DNA of 63,997 nucleotides, counting the filler, from Olpidium bornovanus S191 (Eukaryota; Fungi; Olpidiomycota), in assembly GCA_017911155.1 (NCBI GenBank). It is 33 parts of 33 records of this genome, joined end to end, with 100 filler letters (N's around TTAATTAATTAA, not from the genome) between each part and the next. Parts side by side here need not be neighbours in the genome. Positions count along the whole stretch, not along the records: positions 21,601 to 23,980 come from JAEFCI010001448.1; positions 24,081 to 26,250 come from JAEFCI010004170.1; positions 26,351 to 28,169 come from JAEFCI010009727.1; positions 28,270 to 29,517 come from JAEFCI010008040.1; positions 29,618 to 30,722 come from JAEFCI010011252.1; positions 30,823 to 33,461 come from JAEFCI010000052.1; positions 33,562 to 35,415 come from JAEFCI010003541.1; positions 35,516 to 37,633 come from JAEFCI010003212.1; 25 more parts are not named here. One strand, given 5' to 3'. A program made the translations under genes and the position numbers. Positions 23,866-35,882 of the stretch are shown here, piece by piece. Position 1 is the stretch's first letter, and the number at the start of each line of letters is the position of its first letter. A model generated the notes under the pieces. That model was not told where the DNA came from. It made no database searches and saw nothing but the letters and a program-made list of their open reading frames with translations.

Positions 23866-24080
23866 CTGCAAGGAGAGGCGGTGCGCGCAGGGAAGGGGGG
23901 GGGGGCGGGGAAGGCAAACGGCGGGTTGCGAATGCGGGCGCCGACAAAACACGCGCGCAATTTTAAAGAACGTGTAAAAANNNNNNNNNNNNNNNNNNNN
24001 NNNNNNNNNNNNNNNNNNNNNNNNTTAATTAATTAANNNNNNNNNNNNNNNNNNNNNNNNNNNNNNNNNNNNNNNNNNNN

Positions 24081-24960
24081 TCTCTTCTGCCGGAGCGGAA
24101 GTTTCGGTTTCCGGCTCTGCAGCCGGCGTCGTCTCGGTTTCGGGCTCTGCCGCCGGAGTCGTTTCGGTCGTCTCTTCTGCCGGAGCGGAAGTTTCGGTTT
24201 CTGGTTCTGCCTCCGTAATCGTTTCGATCGTCTCTTCAGCAGGCGAGGATGCTTCGGTTTCGGGCTCCGCTGCCGGAGTCGATTCAGTAGTCTCTTCGGC
24301 GGATGAAGACGTTTTGGTTCCGGGTTCTGCTGCCGGAGTCGATTCAGTAGTCTCTTCGGCGGAAGAAGACGTTTCTGCTTCGGACTCTGCTGCCGGAGTC
24401 GATTCAGCGGTCTCTTCAGCGGAAGAGGACGTTTCTGCTTCGGGCTCTGCTGCCGGAGTCGTTTCGGTAGTCTCTTCAGCGGAAGAGGATGTTTCTGCTT
24501 CGGGCTCTGCTGCCGGAGTCGTCTCGGTAGTCTCTTCGTTGGAAGAAGACGTTTCTGATTCGGACTCTGCTGCCTGAGTCGTTTCGGTAGTCTCTTCAGC
24601 GGAAGGGGTTTCGGTTTCGGGCTCCGCTGCCGGAGTCGTCTCGGCAGCCTCTTCGGCGGAAGAGGTTTCTGCTTCGGATTCTGCAGCCGGAGTCGTTTCG
24701 GTAGTCTCTTCAGCGGAAGAGGTTTCGGTTTCGGGCTCCGCCGCCGGAGTCGTCTCGGTAGTCTCTTCGGCGGAAGAGGACGTTTCTGCTTCGGGCTCTG
24801 CTGCCGGAGTCGTTTCGGTGGTCTCTTCAGCGGAAGAGGTTTCGGTTTCGGGCTCCGCCGCCGGAGTCGTCTCGGTAGTCTCGTCGGCGGAAGAGGACGC
24901 TTCGGTTTCAGGCTCCGCAGTCGTTTCGGTCGTCACTTCAACAGAAGAGATTTCGGTTTC
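24081..24960. repeat. Coding tandem repeat, 57/60-bp units (19-20 aa), about 14-15 copies
   Basis: GCCGGAGTCG...TCTCTTC(A/G)GCGGAAGA recurs with a 57-60 bp period. Confidence 0.9.
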
Positions 24961-26141
24961 GGGTTCAGCCGCCGGAGTCGTTCCCGGCTCTTCTTCGCTG
25001 GACACGGTGGATTCTTCAGAGGCCGCCGCCGTTTCAGAGATTTCCTCGCCCACGGGCGTTTCCGTTGTTGCCTCAGTGGGCTCAGCTGTCGCTTCAGCAG
25101 AAATTTCGGTTTCGGACTCTGCTGCCGACGATTCTGATATGGCCTCTTCGCCGGATGAAGTGGATTCTCCCGAGGCCGCCGTTTCAGAGGTCGCTTCGGC
25201 CGCGGACGTCTCCGTCGTCGTTTCAACTGAACTTGACGCCTCGGTTTCGGACTCCGCCGCCGCAGTCGTTTCCGGTGTGGCCTCCTCGCCGGACGAGATG
25301 GACTCTTCCGAGGCCGCCGTCTCAGAAGTCGCTTCGGCCGCGGACGTCTCCGTCGTCGTTTCAAGTGAACTCGACGATTCGGTTTCGGACTCCGCCTCCG
25401 CAGTCGTTTCCTGTGTGGTTTCCTCGCCGGACGAAATGGACTCTTCCGAGGCCGCCGTTTCAGAGGTCGCTTCGGCCGCGGACGTCTCCGTCGTCGTTTC
25501 AACTGAACCCGACGCTTCGGTTTCGGACTCCCCCGCCGCAGTCGCTTCCGGTGTGGCCTCCTCGCCGGACGAGATGGACTCTTCCGAGACCGCCGTTTCA
25601 GAGGTCGCCTCGCCTGCGGACGTCTCCGTCGTCGTCGTGCCGGCGGGGTCGGACGCCGCTTCGGACGGCGGGACCTCGGACGACGACTGTTCGGCAGGGG
25701 TCTCCGAAGCGGTCGACTCGACGGTCGTCTCCTCCGGCGTGGGCGCGGACTCCGAAGCGGCTTCTCCTCCGCTCGCACTCGACGTTTCGGGATTCGCGGT
25801 CGTCGACTCCTCTTCGGCGGCGGTGGTCTCGGACGCGGTTTCGGCGGCGGTCGACGTCTCTTCGGAAGCCGGCTCCTCCGTTGTCGCGGGCTGCTGCGAG
25901 ACGATCTCTCCGCTGGAGCTCTCGCCCGCCGTGGGCGTCGCCCCGCCCTCCGTTTCGGGGAACGTCGTCACGCAGCTCTCCGTGACGGTGACCTCCACGG
26001 GTTCGGGAACGCTGGTCACTGTGATTGTCAGCGGGCCCGGCGTTTCTTCGGACGAGCTCGAGCTCTCCGCGGTGAGCGTTTCCCCGTCGCTAATCGTCAC
26101 GGTGGAAGTGTACGTCTCGCTGATCGTCTCCGTCGGGGCGG
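24081..26141 (-). CDS. Mucin-like Ser/Thr/Glu/Ala-rich repetitive protein, one large internal exon, partial
   Basis: About 2 kb stop-free frame after a CAG acceptor (26144-26142), composed of repeats such as TTETTPAAEPETETSSAEE. Confidence 0.75.
25140..25640. repeat. Coding tandem repeat, 138-bp units (46 aa), about 4 copies
   Basis: GCGGACGTCTCCGTCGTCGT starts at 25202, 25340, 25478 and 25616, an exact 138-bp period. Confidence 0.9.
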
Positions 26142-26199
26142 CTGCCGTTTTGCGAAAAAATCGTACAAAAAAAACCAATATTTAGACATCAAAAGCTAA

Positions 26200-26234
<35 letters not shown>

Positions 26235-26350
26235 CCCGCGCCCGGCGGCANNNNNNNNNNNNNNNNNNNNNNNNNNNNNNNNNNNNNNNNNNNNTTAATT
26301 AATTAANNNNNNNNNNNNNNNNNNNNNNNNNNNNNNNNNNNNNNNNNNNN

Positions 26351-27949
26351 ATTCCTGGAAGAACGAAGAAGGGTCCGCCGGCTTGCGCCGACGCCAACGG
26401 TGCGGCCCCAGATGCTTTTTTTTGCCTTTGCTCTTTTTCCCCCTCCTTCCCCCCCCCCCCCCCCCCCCCGAAAAAAAACGTTTTCCGAGATCGGTCGACG
26501 GGTTCTAATTCAAACCCAACCCCCCAACCGCGATTTCTTTGTTCAACAGCGATTGGGAAGATCTTCTGGAAGAGGCGTTCTTTTTGCAGGACGCTATCGA
26601 CGGGTAAAACTTTCCCCGTTTACAACTGGGGTGGTGGGAAGAGGGAGGAGTGGGCCGGATGGAGGCCAACGAGAAATCCGGTATTTTTTTTTTCTTTAAG
26701 AAACTTCGAGGGCAGCGACCGGCCGACGTTCTGCGGCATAGCCGACCAGCAAGGTCCGTTTCTTTTCGTTTTTGTTTCACGCAGACGAGACGAAATAGCA
26801 TTTTTCCCGTTTCCTACCTTGGAGCGTGTAACCGAGGTAAAAGAAAACTGACCGAAAATTTTGCTCCACCGCACAAAAAATAAAAAAAAACGACGAAGCC
26901 GTCCGTTCGCTGCTATGGCCTTTGCTGGCGAGGGTTCTTTTTGCGGCGTGCGCGGCCGCGTCCGCGTCGATAATAATTGCGGAGATCTCGTCCGCCGTCA
27001 AATCCGCCAGGGGAGAGCCCGCGGAAAAGACCTACGCGGCAGCGGAGGTGAAAGAGATTTTTTTTTGAGGTTTGAAATTAAGCCGGGGGGCCGGGGCGGG
27101 GGTGGGGGGGGGCCGGAAGGAAGGAAAGGGAGGGGACGGGGAGGGAAGGTGTATTGTCCTGAATTTTTTTTTTGTTTCGCATCAAACGCGAAATTTCGAC
27201 AGCTCGTTCAGACGCTGACCGCGGCCGTCCTCGTATACGCGACCGTCTGCGTTTTTTCGAGCCTGGCGGAACTGAAGCCCGGACTTTTCAAGCTGGCGCC
27301 GTACCGCCGCTCGGAACCGGACAGCCTGCTGCGCGTGTCGGCCTACGCGTGCAGGCTGGTCGGTCCCGTGTGCAGCAACGTCTTGCTGGTGACTGGAGCC
27401 CAGTCCAGTTTCTCAAAGGTGGGGGGGAAGTTGGGCGAAAAAAAAAAAAAAAAAAGAAAAGGATAACGGGAAATTTAGCTTTTTTTGACCGCCTTTTTCT
27501 CTTTCCGCGCGCTGCCCGCGCCCACCTCCCCCTTCCCCATTCTCCCGCGCGCGCGCGGGAACCCCCCCCCCCAAAAAAAAAAAAAAAAAAAAACAAAACG
27601 AAAGGTGTACGCCGATCTCGGGCGGTACGCGGCGGCCGCCGTCGTGATACCTGCGGTCCTGACGCTTGCGGGGCTGGACGGCCGCGTGAGCGGCCGTCTC
27701 CTCCCTGCGCAGCAGGGCGACGTCGAATCGGCGGCCGAAGGTTTCGACATTATCCAGCACGCACTGAGGAAGAAGAGAGCGTGCGCCGCCGCCGACGCCG
27801 CCGCCGGGGAAGGAGGGAGCGGGAGGGAAAGGGACGGTCCGAGAGAGCCCGCGTCGCAGTCCAGCCCCCTCTATTTCCACCTTCCCCGCGGGAGGATCAA
27901 GTCCATGAGCCAAGCGGCTCTGATGGGAAACGACGGCGCGCCCGTTTGA
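26351..27949 (+). CDS. LMBR1-domain membrane protein (LMBRD2-like), C-terminal exons
   Basis: Exon DWEDLLEEAFFLQDAID, plus YATVCVFSSLAELK...SEPDSLLRVSAYACRLVGPVCSNVL, which resembles the LMBRD2 pattern TD..SLLF.A...CRL..PLC.NFL. Stop ends at 27949. Confidence 0.7.
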
Positions 27950-28311
27950 GACCACGCGCAAGGCCAAAAAAAAACAAAAAACAAAAAAAAAAACAAAAAA
28001 CAAAAAACAAAAAAAAAACAAAAAACAAAAAAAAAATCAAAAAAAATCAAAAAAAAAAAAAAAACAAAAAAACAAAAAAAAGGACAGAACAAAAAACAAA
28101 GAACGAAAAAAATCAAAAAACATTAAAAAATCAAAAAAACCAAAATAAAACCCCAGAAAAGAAAGCAGANNNNNNNNNNNNNNNNNNNNNNNNNNNNNNN
28201 NNNNNNNNNNNNNTTAATTAATTAANNNNNNNNNNNNNNNNNNNNNNNNNNNNNNNNNNNNNNNNNNNNCCCCCCCCCCCAACCCCCCCCCCCCCTTCCG
28301 TCCGAACGTAC

Positions 28312-29244
28312 ATGCAGCATCACCGCAAAGAACACGATGGCCTGCAAGTTTGACTCCTTCGCGCTGCTGGCGGCGCCGAGCGCGACGCCGTCCGCGGCCG
28401 CGTGGATGATCATGCCGATCGTCGCCGCGGCCCGGCCGCCGCTTTGCTGCGACGCCGGCCTCGCGGGCAGCAGCATGGCGCCGCCCTCGTCCGCGAAGTC
28501 GGCCATGGGAATGGCCGTGAAGTCGGCGAGGTCCACCTGGTGCCGCGCCGCCCCCGGCGGCGGCGACCGGCGGCCGTGCGCGTGCCCGAAGCGCTCCACG
28601 ACGAGCATGAACGCGAAGCCGGCGGTCAGCGCGCCGCCGACGAGCCAGTGCGGGGAGTCGTGGCGGTCGTGGTGGTGGACGCCGCCGCCGCCGCCTTCCC
28701 CGCCGCCCGCGACGGGACGCCGGTCTTGCTGCCGCCGCCGCCGGCCCTGCGGGTCAGGCGCCGGCGGCCGGGCGTCACTCCGGAAGTCGACCGGGGGCGG
28801 CGCGTCGACGTCGACGTCGCCCTCGTCCCCCCGCGCGTTGCCGCCGCCCGACGCCGGCGCGCTTCTAGGCGAGAAGCCCAACACGCCTCCTCCTCCTCCT
28901 CCTCCTCCTCCTCCCGGCTCTCCTCCTCCGCCCAACGCGGCCGCCGCTCTCTGCTCCGCTCTCCGCTCCGCCGCCGCAGACTCCGAGGCCGCCGGCCCCG
29001 CCGCCGCCTCCCCGGGTTCCTGGTACGCGGCGTACAGCGTCTCGACGCCCTCAGGGACGATGATCCCGAGGGCGGTGCCGACCAGCAAGCCGGCGCCGAA
29101 GGTCGTGGCGACGTGCAGGCGGGTCTCGGAAAGATGGAACCCCAGGGGGACGATCCCGGCCAGGAACGAGCCGATGAGCATGGAGAAGGAGAGGACGACG
29201 AGCCATATCGACGAGTCCGAGGCCATGCCATATGGATCTGCCAA
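28312..29244 (-). CDS. ZIP-family zinc transporter, ZIP9/Atx2-like, first exon, 3' partial
   Basis: LIGSFLAGIVPL, FGAGLLVGTALGIIVPEGVETLY, a His-rich loop, and TIGMIIHAAADGVALGAA...IVFFAVMLH followed by a GTACGT donor. Confidence 0.92.
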
Positions 29245-29456
29245 GTGCCGATAAGGTCAAGAGTCTTGCGGGGGCAGGGGCGGGGGGAGCGCGCCGTGCC
29301 CGTCGGACTTCCGTTTTCCGCGCTCCTGGCGCTGGGCTGTTTCGGCGGCCGCGGCGGCGAGCAAGTTTTGCCCAAACCCGCTTTGCCCGGGGGGCGGTTT
29401 GCCTGGTGTGCGGGCGGAGGGTGGGTGTGAGGGAAACGGACGGTGGCGCGTCTTCG

Positions 29457-29503
<47 letters not shown>

Positions 29504-30822
29504 GGCGGGGGGGGGGGNNNNNNNNNNNNNNNNNNNNNNNNNNNNNNNNNNNNNNNNNNNNTTAATTAATTAANNNNNNNNNNNNNNNNNNNNNNNNNNN
29601 NNNNNNNNNNNNNNNNNCATGAAGGAGTAACCAACTTCGCGGCAGACCCGAACCGCGGAATTGAGGAAGTGGGGGTTGGCAGGGGGACGTGGGGAAGAAG
29701 AGATTTTGACCAGGGAAAGAGCGTTAATGTTTCTTGGTTTTATTTTGTAAAACCCTAACCTAGCGGGTTGAGAATCATCGGGAAGCGGGTCATTTCGGCA
29801 GACAGATCACAGTAATCGGATTTCGCTCAGCGCGTCGCCCTCGTATATGCAGACGTCCTCCATATTATTGAAGCAGTCTCGAAAACCCGACGGGGATTGG
29901 CAACGGAAACCCCGGCGGGCCGGAAATCACGCTGCGCATACCAGCACATCACTCCTGCAGGGGGAAACGCCGGTCGCAACGCCCAACTTGCGCAGTATTC
30001 GGGCGTCCAGTTTGTTTCTCTTGCGCCTGCCGGTCGATTTTGATTGGTGGACGCGGCAGCCCCTCCCCCGCCAGAGAACATCCTGCGATTCCTGTTGCCT
30101 AATGGACGACCGGGTAGCGTCACACCCATCGAGCCATAACTTCCGTGGAGCCACAAAGATCCCATCTGCGCAGGCAGCTGACCGCTCGATCCAAAAGTTG
30201 TTTTTGTAGTTTTTTTTTGATTTTTTTTTGGCTTTTTTTTTTTTTTTTTTTTTTTCCCCTTTCCGCACACAAATAAAAGCTGTTCTCAAAATTTCGCGGC
30301 CGAATGATAAGCAGAGCAACTCCTTTGCCCGAACAGACGCGCCGCGGCTGACTTTGATTTCGAGCTGAAGCACACCCTCCGCAAAATCAAAGCCGAACAG
30401 CCTACCTTCTTCCGTGTTCGTTCGCGCCTCTTGAAAACGAGCTGGTCCTGCGGTCACAGGCCCGAGGACGCTCTCATTATTTCCGCCCCGCGTCGGACGC
30501 CGCCGCGCGGGGCGGCGCCGCAGAATGCGCCGGCAAGGAGGGCGAAGCAGGCGATCCGAGGGGGGGGGGGGGGGGGGGGGCCGCGGCCGTGCGGCACGGC
30601 CGCCATGAACTCCTCGGCCTCCAGGGTCAGCCTGTTCTGCTCGTCGACCGCCCAACGAATGCGAGCGCGGAGCTGCGCGCAACGTTGGCGGCGGTAAACT
30701 TCGGCGTCGCGCTCACGCAGCGNNNNNNNNNNNNNNNNNNNNNNNNNNNNNNNNNNNNNNNNNNNNTTAATTAATTAANNNNNNNNNNNNNNNNNNNNNN
30801 NNNNNNNNNNNNNNNNNNNNNN

Positions 30823-31583
30823 CGATATCAAGTCGAATGCTGAAAAACGTGTCACGCCGCGAAGGCGTTGGCGGATCTCGTCGATTCATCCTGGAGGGAT
30901 TGCGTCCTTGATCGTTGCCTTGTTGAGGTAACGGAAGTCCATGGACATGCGGAGCTTGCCATCAGCCTTGCGAACGAAGAGGACGGGTGTCCCCACGGAG
31001 ACTTGCTGTAACGTATGTGTCCGGCGTGCAGGAGTTCGGTCAGTTGTTGCTTCATCTCCCCGAGTTCCAGCTCGGAGAGATGATACAACGGGAAAGACTT
31101 AACCTTGGCGCCAGGTTCCAGGTTAATTTCATGCTCGGCAGTCGAGGACAGCTGCGCGACCGGCGGCAGCTTGTCCGGCATGACGGAGGCGAAGCGGAGA
31201 AGGAGTTCTCCGTAGCGCTTTCGGAGGGGCCCACGCAGCTTGCCGAGTTTGGTAATTATACACGCTGCCAGGTCGGTGGCGGCGCGTCCGGTATTGAAGT
31301 ATTCGAGAGGGTTCTGTGAGTCCCCCTCGTTCTTTGGCAACTCGGTCTCGACGGCCAAGAGCTTGATGGTTCGGGGGTTCACAATGAATTCCCACGAGTC
31401 AGGTTGTCGCAAGGCTCGGCGAGCTTGCTTGGCTGAGATCATATTAATCTCAGCCCCGGGTCTTGGCGACGGGAGGTTCGGCCTGTCAGGGGTGTCTGTT
31501 GTAACCGGCACGGCGGTCTGCCGCGAAGCCTGGTCTGGCATCAGCAGCGCGGGGGTCGGCCGTGCGCCGGTGTCGGCGCCCAA
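30823..31583 (-). mobile_element. Degenerate Ty3/Gypsy pol, reverse transcriptase N-terminal region
   Basis: HEINLEPGAKVKSFPLYHLSELELGEMKQQLTELLHAGHIRYSKSPWG, then a frameshift to PVLFVRKADGKLRMSMDFRYLNKATIKD and an in-frame stop. Confidence 0.9.
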
Positions 31584-32701
31584 AATGGCCCTTGGCGGGC
31601 ATCAACCCCAACTTTGATTACTCTAGCTTCAGGCCTCGTTTCCCTCGGTTTTGCTCGTTTTGCATTGTTTTGCTCGTTTGCACTCGCCTTTTGCTTTTGA
31701 CAATCGGGACCACGTGCGTCGACGCTGTGGGCAAGAACGGTTTTATTTGTCCCTAAGGCAGTCCTTTCCGGCGACTGCTGGGGTGCTAGGGCTGGGTCTT
31801 CTTCTTTCTTTCTCCTTTTTTTTTCTGTCTACTATGCCTCGGCGGTCGCTCCGAACTGGGCGCGAATTCACTTAACTACTCTCCAGAGACGCTTGCCTCG
31901 GCGGCGAGTGGGGTAGTTGCTCTATTCTCTATACTTTTTTTTCTTAAGACATGGGTTTCGCCTTAGCGGCGACGGGGCTCTCCTCGGCAGAGAATGGGTT
32001 CGGGGTGGGGTGTGTTTCGTGCACGTCGGGTACAGCGCCGGCATCGGCATTGGGAGGTAGCACACGGACGTAATTAGGGCTTCACGCGTGATCTATTTCT
32101 AATTACAGAACTCCCTTCCTTGCGACGCGTCGCCGAGTCCCTTCGCCGCGGACTCGTATTATTTACTCAGTACGCACCCTTTCTCCATCACATACCCCAC
32201 GGCTTTTTCCAATTATTAGTACCATTTGGAGGAGTTACTCGCATACTTGGAGAATGTACTTCCACTCCAGAGTCATGTGACGACTTCGTCCAAGCACCAG
32301 CTTGATGCCGCTTCCCGAAATAGGCACAGCCAGCTCTTTCTTCCACATTCGCCCTCCCGTTGGCAAGAGGGCGGTAAGAGTAACAACGCAAATACCCCTG
32401 CGTGCGCCAACGAAGTTAAAAATAACAACGTAGATATTCTTCTTCTGTGTTGGCGAAGTCAAAGTTGGCAAGCCTGTGACTTGAACGATGTCGACATATC
32501 GCTGCGAAGCCTAAATCAGTGGCTTGTAGTATAACCGGCGTCGGAAATGCCAGCTTGAAGCTTAAGCTGACAAGCTCGACGCGCGAACTACACCAAGAAA
32601 CAGCTTGAGAGGAAGATGTCATGTCACTCCGGCCTCGGGTATAAAAGGCGAGTCCGACCCCTTCTCTTTTTCCTCGTCGCTCTTCCTGGTTTTCAGGCGC
32701 G

Positions 32702-33461
32702 GAATGGAGGCCGAGGAGGGCGACCCTACTCCCGATCCCGCCGCGCTTCCCCTTGCATCCGTCCAACTCAACGCTGCATCATGCGTGATTTACGAGGCTT
32801 TTTGGAAGAATCGAACAAGGACATACGAATGCTTTCACGCAAAGCTGGAGCGCTACAGCCGCCCTGGCGCGCGTGTCACCCCGGGTCGCCTGGGGACCCA
32901 ACGTCGGAAGGCAATCGACTTCATGGGCCATTGCTGGCGGATTCGGAACCTGCGCGGTCGCGTCCGGTGCACTGCCCTGCTCGGGTAAGTTTCCGTGTTA
33001 CCGGTTTTCTCGTCGATTTTTCAAATGGTTAAGGCCGTGCTCGTAGCATGCGGTACCAGATCTTTCTGCTGTACTGCCAAATCATGCGCTGGCTTCGGTC
33101 GTTCTGGGCTCCAATGCCATCAATCAATAAAGAATTTCTCTCTCTCCCGTCCGACGAACAATATTGCGGTCCCCTTGGACCAACTGACAAATCATACGAC
33201 CCCCGCCCCGAACCCGCTGCTGATGACTCAATCATGGAATGCCGGACCTTCCTCCTTGACGTTCCTCAAACACGTACCGGCAAGCACGAACGCCTTGCTC
33301 CTGGTGCTCCAGCGGTGCAGATTGTAGACGATACTTGGTTCATGACACCCCATTGCACTCCCAACTTCTATAACCAGCTTGTCGAAGTCGCGCGCGCCGG
33401 CATCACCACAGAGTTCCAGGAGGCATCGCGAGTCGATTCGGGACTGCTAACTACTGGGAAC
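32702..33461 (+). CDS. Hypothetical protein fragment(s), unidentified
   Basis: Two non-repetitive protein-like frames (MEAEEGDP... and RYQIFLLYCQIMRW...) with a possible GTAAGT donor at about 32985; no recognised motif. Confidence 0.3.
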
Positions 33462-33561
33462 NNNNNNNNNNNNNNNNNNNNNNNNNNNNNNNNNNNNNNN
33501 NNNNNTTAATTAATTAANNNNNNNNNNNNNNNNNNNNNNNNNNNNNNNNNNNNNNNNNNNN

Positions 33562-34356
33562 AGCACGAAGGCCGCCGCTGCCAATTTTGTCATCCGGCGG
33601 AATCTCAAAGTGTTCGGTGTCCTGCGACGATCGCATCCACCTCGGATTCTCTTTCCACAAAACCCGCTTCAGCTCGTTCATGATCTTTTCGCATTCAGCC
33701 TGCGACGCCATCGCCATTGCCTGCGGGGCAACAAGGGTAAGTAATGAATGCCCCGCCCTCCCGCGAGCCTAGTACAAAATGATTATCAGGCCCCGACTGC
33801 TCACACGAGCGGTCTCAAGTTTGTGCAGAGCCTCCTCAGCGTCGGCTTCCGTTTCGCGTAGTCGGAGGTTAATACCCTCGACCTCTTTCCGCTTTCGCAC
33901 TCGCTCCCGCCGAACGATGATTTCTTCCTGTCGCCAAAATGGGACAGCAGGGCGAGGCCAAGGTCAACCAGGATGGGCCGATTCGCCGAAATTGCAGGCA
34001 GCCTAACCTTTGTCTTGAAGGTGGATAATATCCCACCGTCTTTGATATGCTTTGCGACAACTCCAATCCCAGTTTTCCCAGTGGTTTCGCTGTCTGAAAC
34101 GTAGCCAGGGAATAGCTCTTCCTGCGTTGGAACTGGATCAATCTGGGATTCCTCATAATCATTCAAGTACTCTCCCGTGCTCTCCTGCGGTGCGACATGA
34201 TCGATGAAAATCGATGGCACATTCTTGCCTGGCGCTGTGACAAGGTGGTGAATAACGCTTTGTAAGGCAGGACAAGGCATTCTCGGGGCACAGTTGGGTA
34301 CCTTCTTCGTCCAAAGTGCTCCCAACGGCGTCGAGGAAGTCCGTTGCCCCTTCCAT
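33562..34356 (-). CDS. Spliced hypothetical protein with coiled coil, possibly entering a protein-kinase Gly-rich loop at the contig end
   Basis: Four exons splice in frame: MEGATDFLDAVG..., ...STFKTK|EEIIVRRERVRKRKE...KLETAR|AMAMASQ...HFEIPPDDKIGSGG. The kinase call rests only on IGSGG. Confidence 0.4.
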
Positions 34357-35882
34357 ACTGGCCGCCTACACGAACGAAAACGGGAAAACAGAGACTCGCG
34401 CGTCGTGTTGCTCTGATCGGACGAAAAGAAAAGTTGCAACCTTTAATCCCGCCCGCCCGCAGGACGGCCGTCGGAAGAAGCAACCTTGCCTCAAACGCGA
34501 GGGTTCGTGAACTGAGCGTGGGTGGGTCGCCTACGTGGACCCGATCTGGGTGGCCCAGGCAGAGGCGGGGTCTGGCGCCCCCCCTCCGTCCGCAGGAGCA
34601 GGCCCGCACAACAGGGTGCGAACGCAACGTCGGACGCGTGTCGGGGAGAAAGCGGAGGTCGAAGGAACGCGCGCCACAGGAGGGCCCCGGAGAAGGAGGG
34701 GCCGCAGGGGGCAGCGGCGGGAAGCAGCGGGGCCGGGTGGCGGGAACTTCCCCTGTCGTCGAACAGCCGTGTTCCGCACGAAGCGCGACCTGCGTTCTGG
34801 CCGCTCCCCCGGGGTTGTGGCCCTCTACCCCTTGCCTGCCCCGCGAGCCGGCCAATTCCACCCACCCAGTCAGTCAGTCCACCAGCCGGCGGAGAATCGG
34901 GCGCGGTGGGGCGGGGAAGGGAGAGAGGGGGCGGTTGCGCGCCGCCCGCACACCCACACTTTCTCGCCAAAGGAAAAAAAAAAAAAAAAAAAAACAACGT
35001 TGTGGATAAATATCTCTCGCCCGCCTGTGCTGCCCAGCCCGGTCAGCCTCACCGCAGCCCGGCGGTGGCGACCTACGAAGGTTCCCTTTCCGCCGGGCAA
35101 GCAGCTGCGCAGGCCTGGGCCGCGAGGGAGAGTCCATCGCCCGTCGTGAGCGTCGGATGGTGCTGAGCGCGACCGCATCACCTGTGCACAAAGTGTTTTC
35201 GCGGGTCGCCGGAAAGGACATCCCATGTTGACAGAAGGACTGCAAAATCAAAGGCGATGTTTGGTTGAACTGCGATTGCTGGCGTTAAGCTGGTCATGTG
35301 ATTGGCAGCCAGCTGCAGAAATCCCCACAGGAGGATGGCCACACGGTTTTCGCCACACACCGGGTTGAGTACGTTTTGGGCTGGAGACTTGAGCACAAAT
35401 TTTGTTGAACTTGTGNNNNNNNNNNNNNNNNNNNNNNNNNNNNNNNNNNNNNNNNNNNNTTAATTAATTAANNNNNNNNNNNNNNNNNNNNNNNNNNNNN
35501 NNNNNNNNNNNNNNNAAAAAAAAAAAAAAAAAATGCGCCGCGAGGGAAAAACGTTGCTGCTGTTCAACAGACTGAGCCTATAGACCAGCGGTTGAAAATT
35601 GCGACAAAGAAACACCCTCTTCCCGAGGCGCTCACCTTCTTCCCCTACCCCCCCCCCGCCCTCTTCTCCCGCCCCCATCCGCGCCAAATTCCCCTACGTG
35701 GTGGTCTTCCAATCGTATACATCCAGCCGGCGATCATCCTCATCAATTCCATCAACGCTTCGTGTGCGCTGAGTAAGATCAGTGGCAGAAGCATATTGAA
35801 AATTTGCCCAGAGCGGCCGTCACCCCCGCAATCTTTTTCGCACGGACATTGTTAACGCCCCACACCCACGCAACTGCGAAAT

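Noticed and set aside
24818-26185. 455-aa plus-strand ORF antisense to the mucin-like exon
   Set aside because: It is the expected stop-poor mirror frame of a repetitive Ser/Thr/Glu coding sequence; splice signals support the minus strand.
29618-30722. Possible spliced minus-strand gene
   Set aside because: The frames could not be joined convincingly and no motif was recognised.
35694-35822. Minus-strand peptide VDGIDEDDRRLDVYDWKT resembling a PD-(D/E)xK nuclease motif next to the lipase
   Set aside because: The frame is only about 40 codons, lacks a start and is bounded by stops, so it is too short to support.
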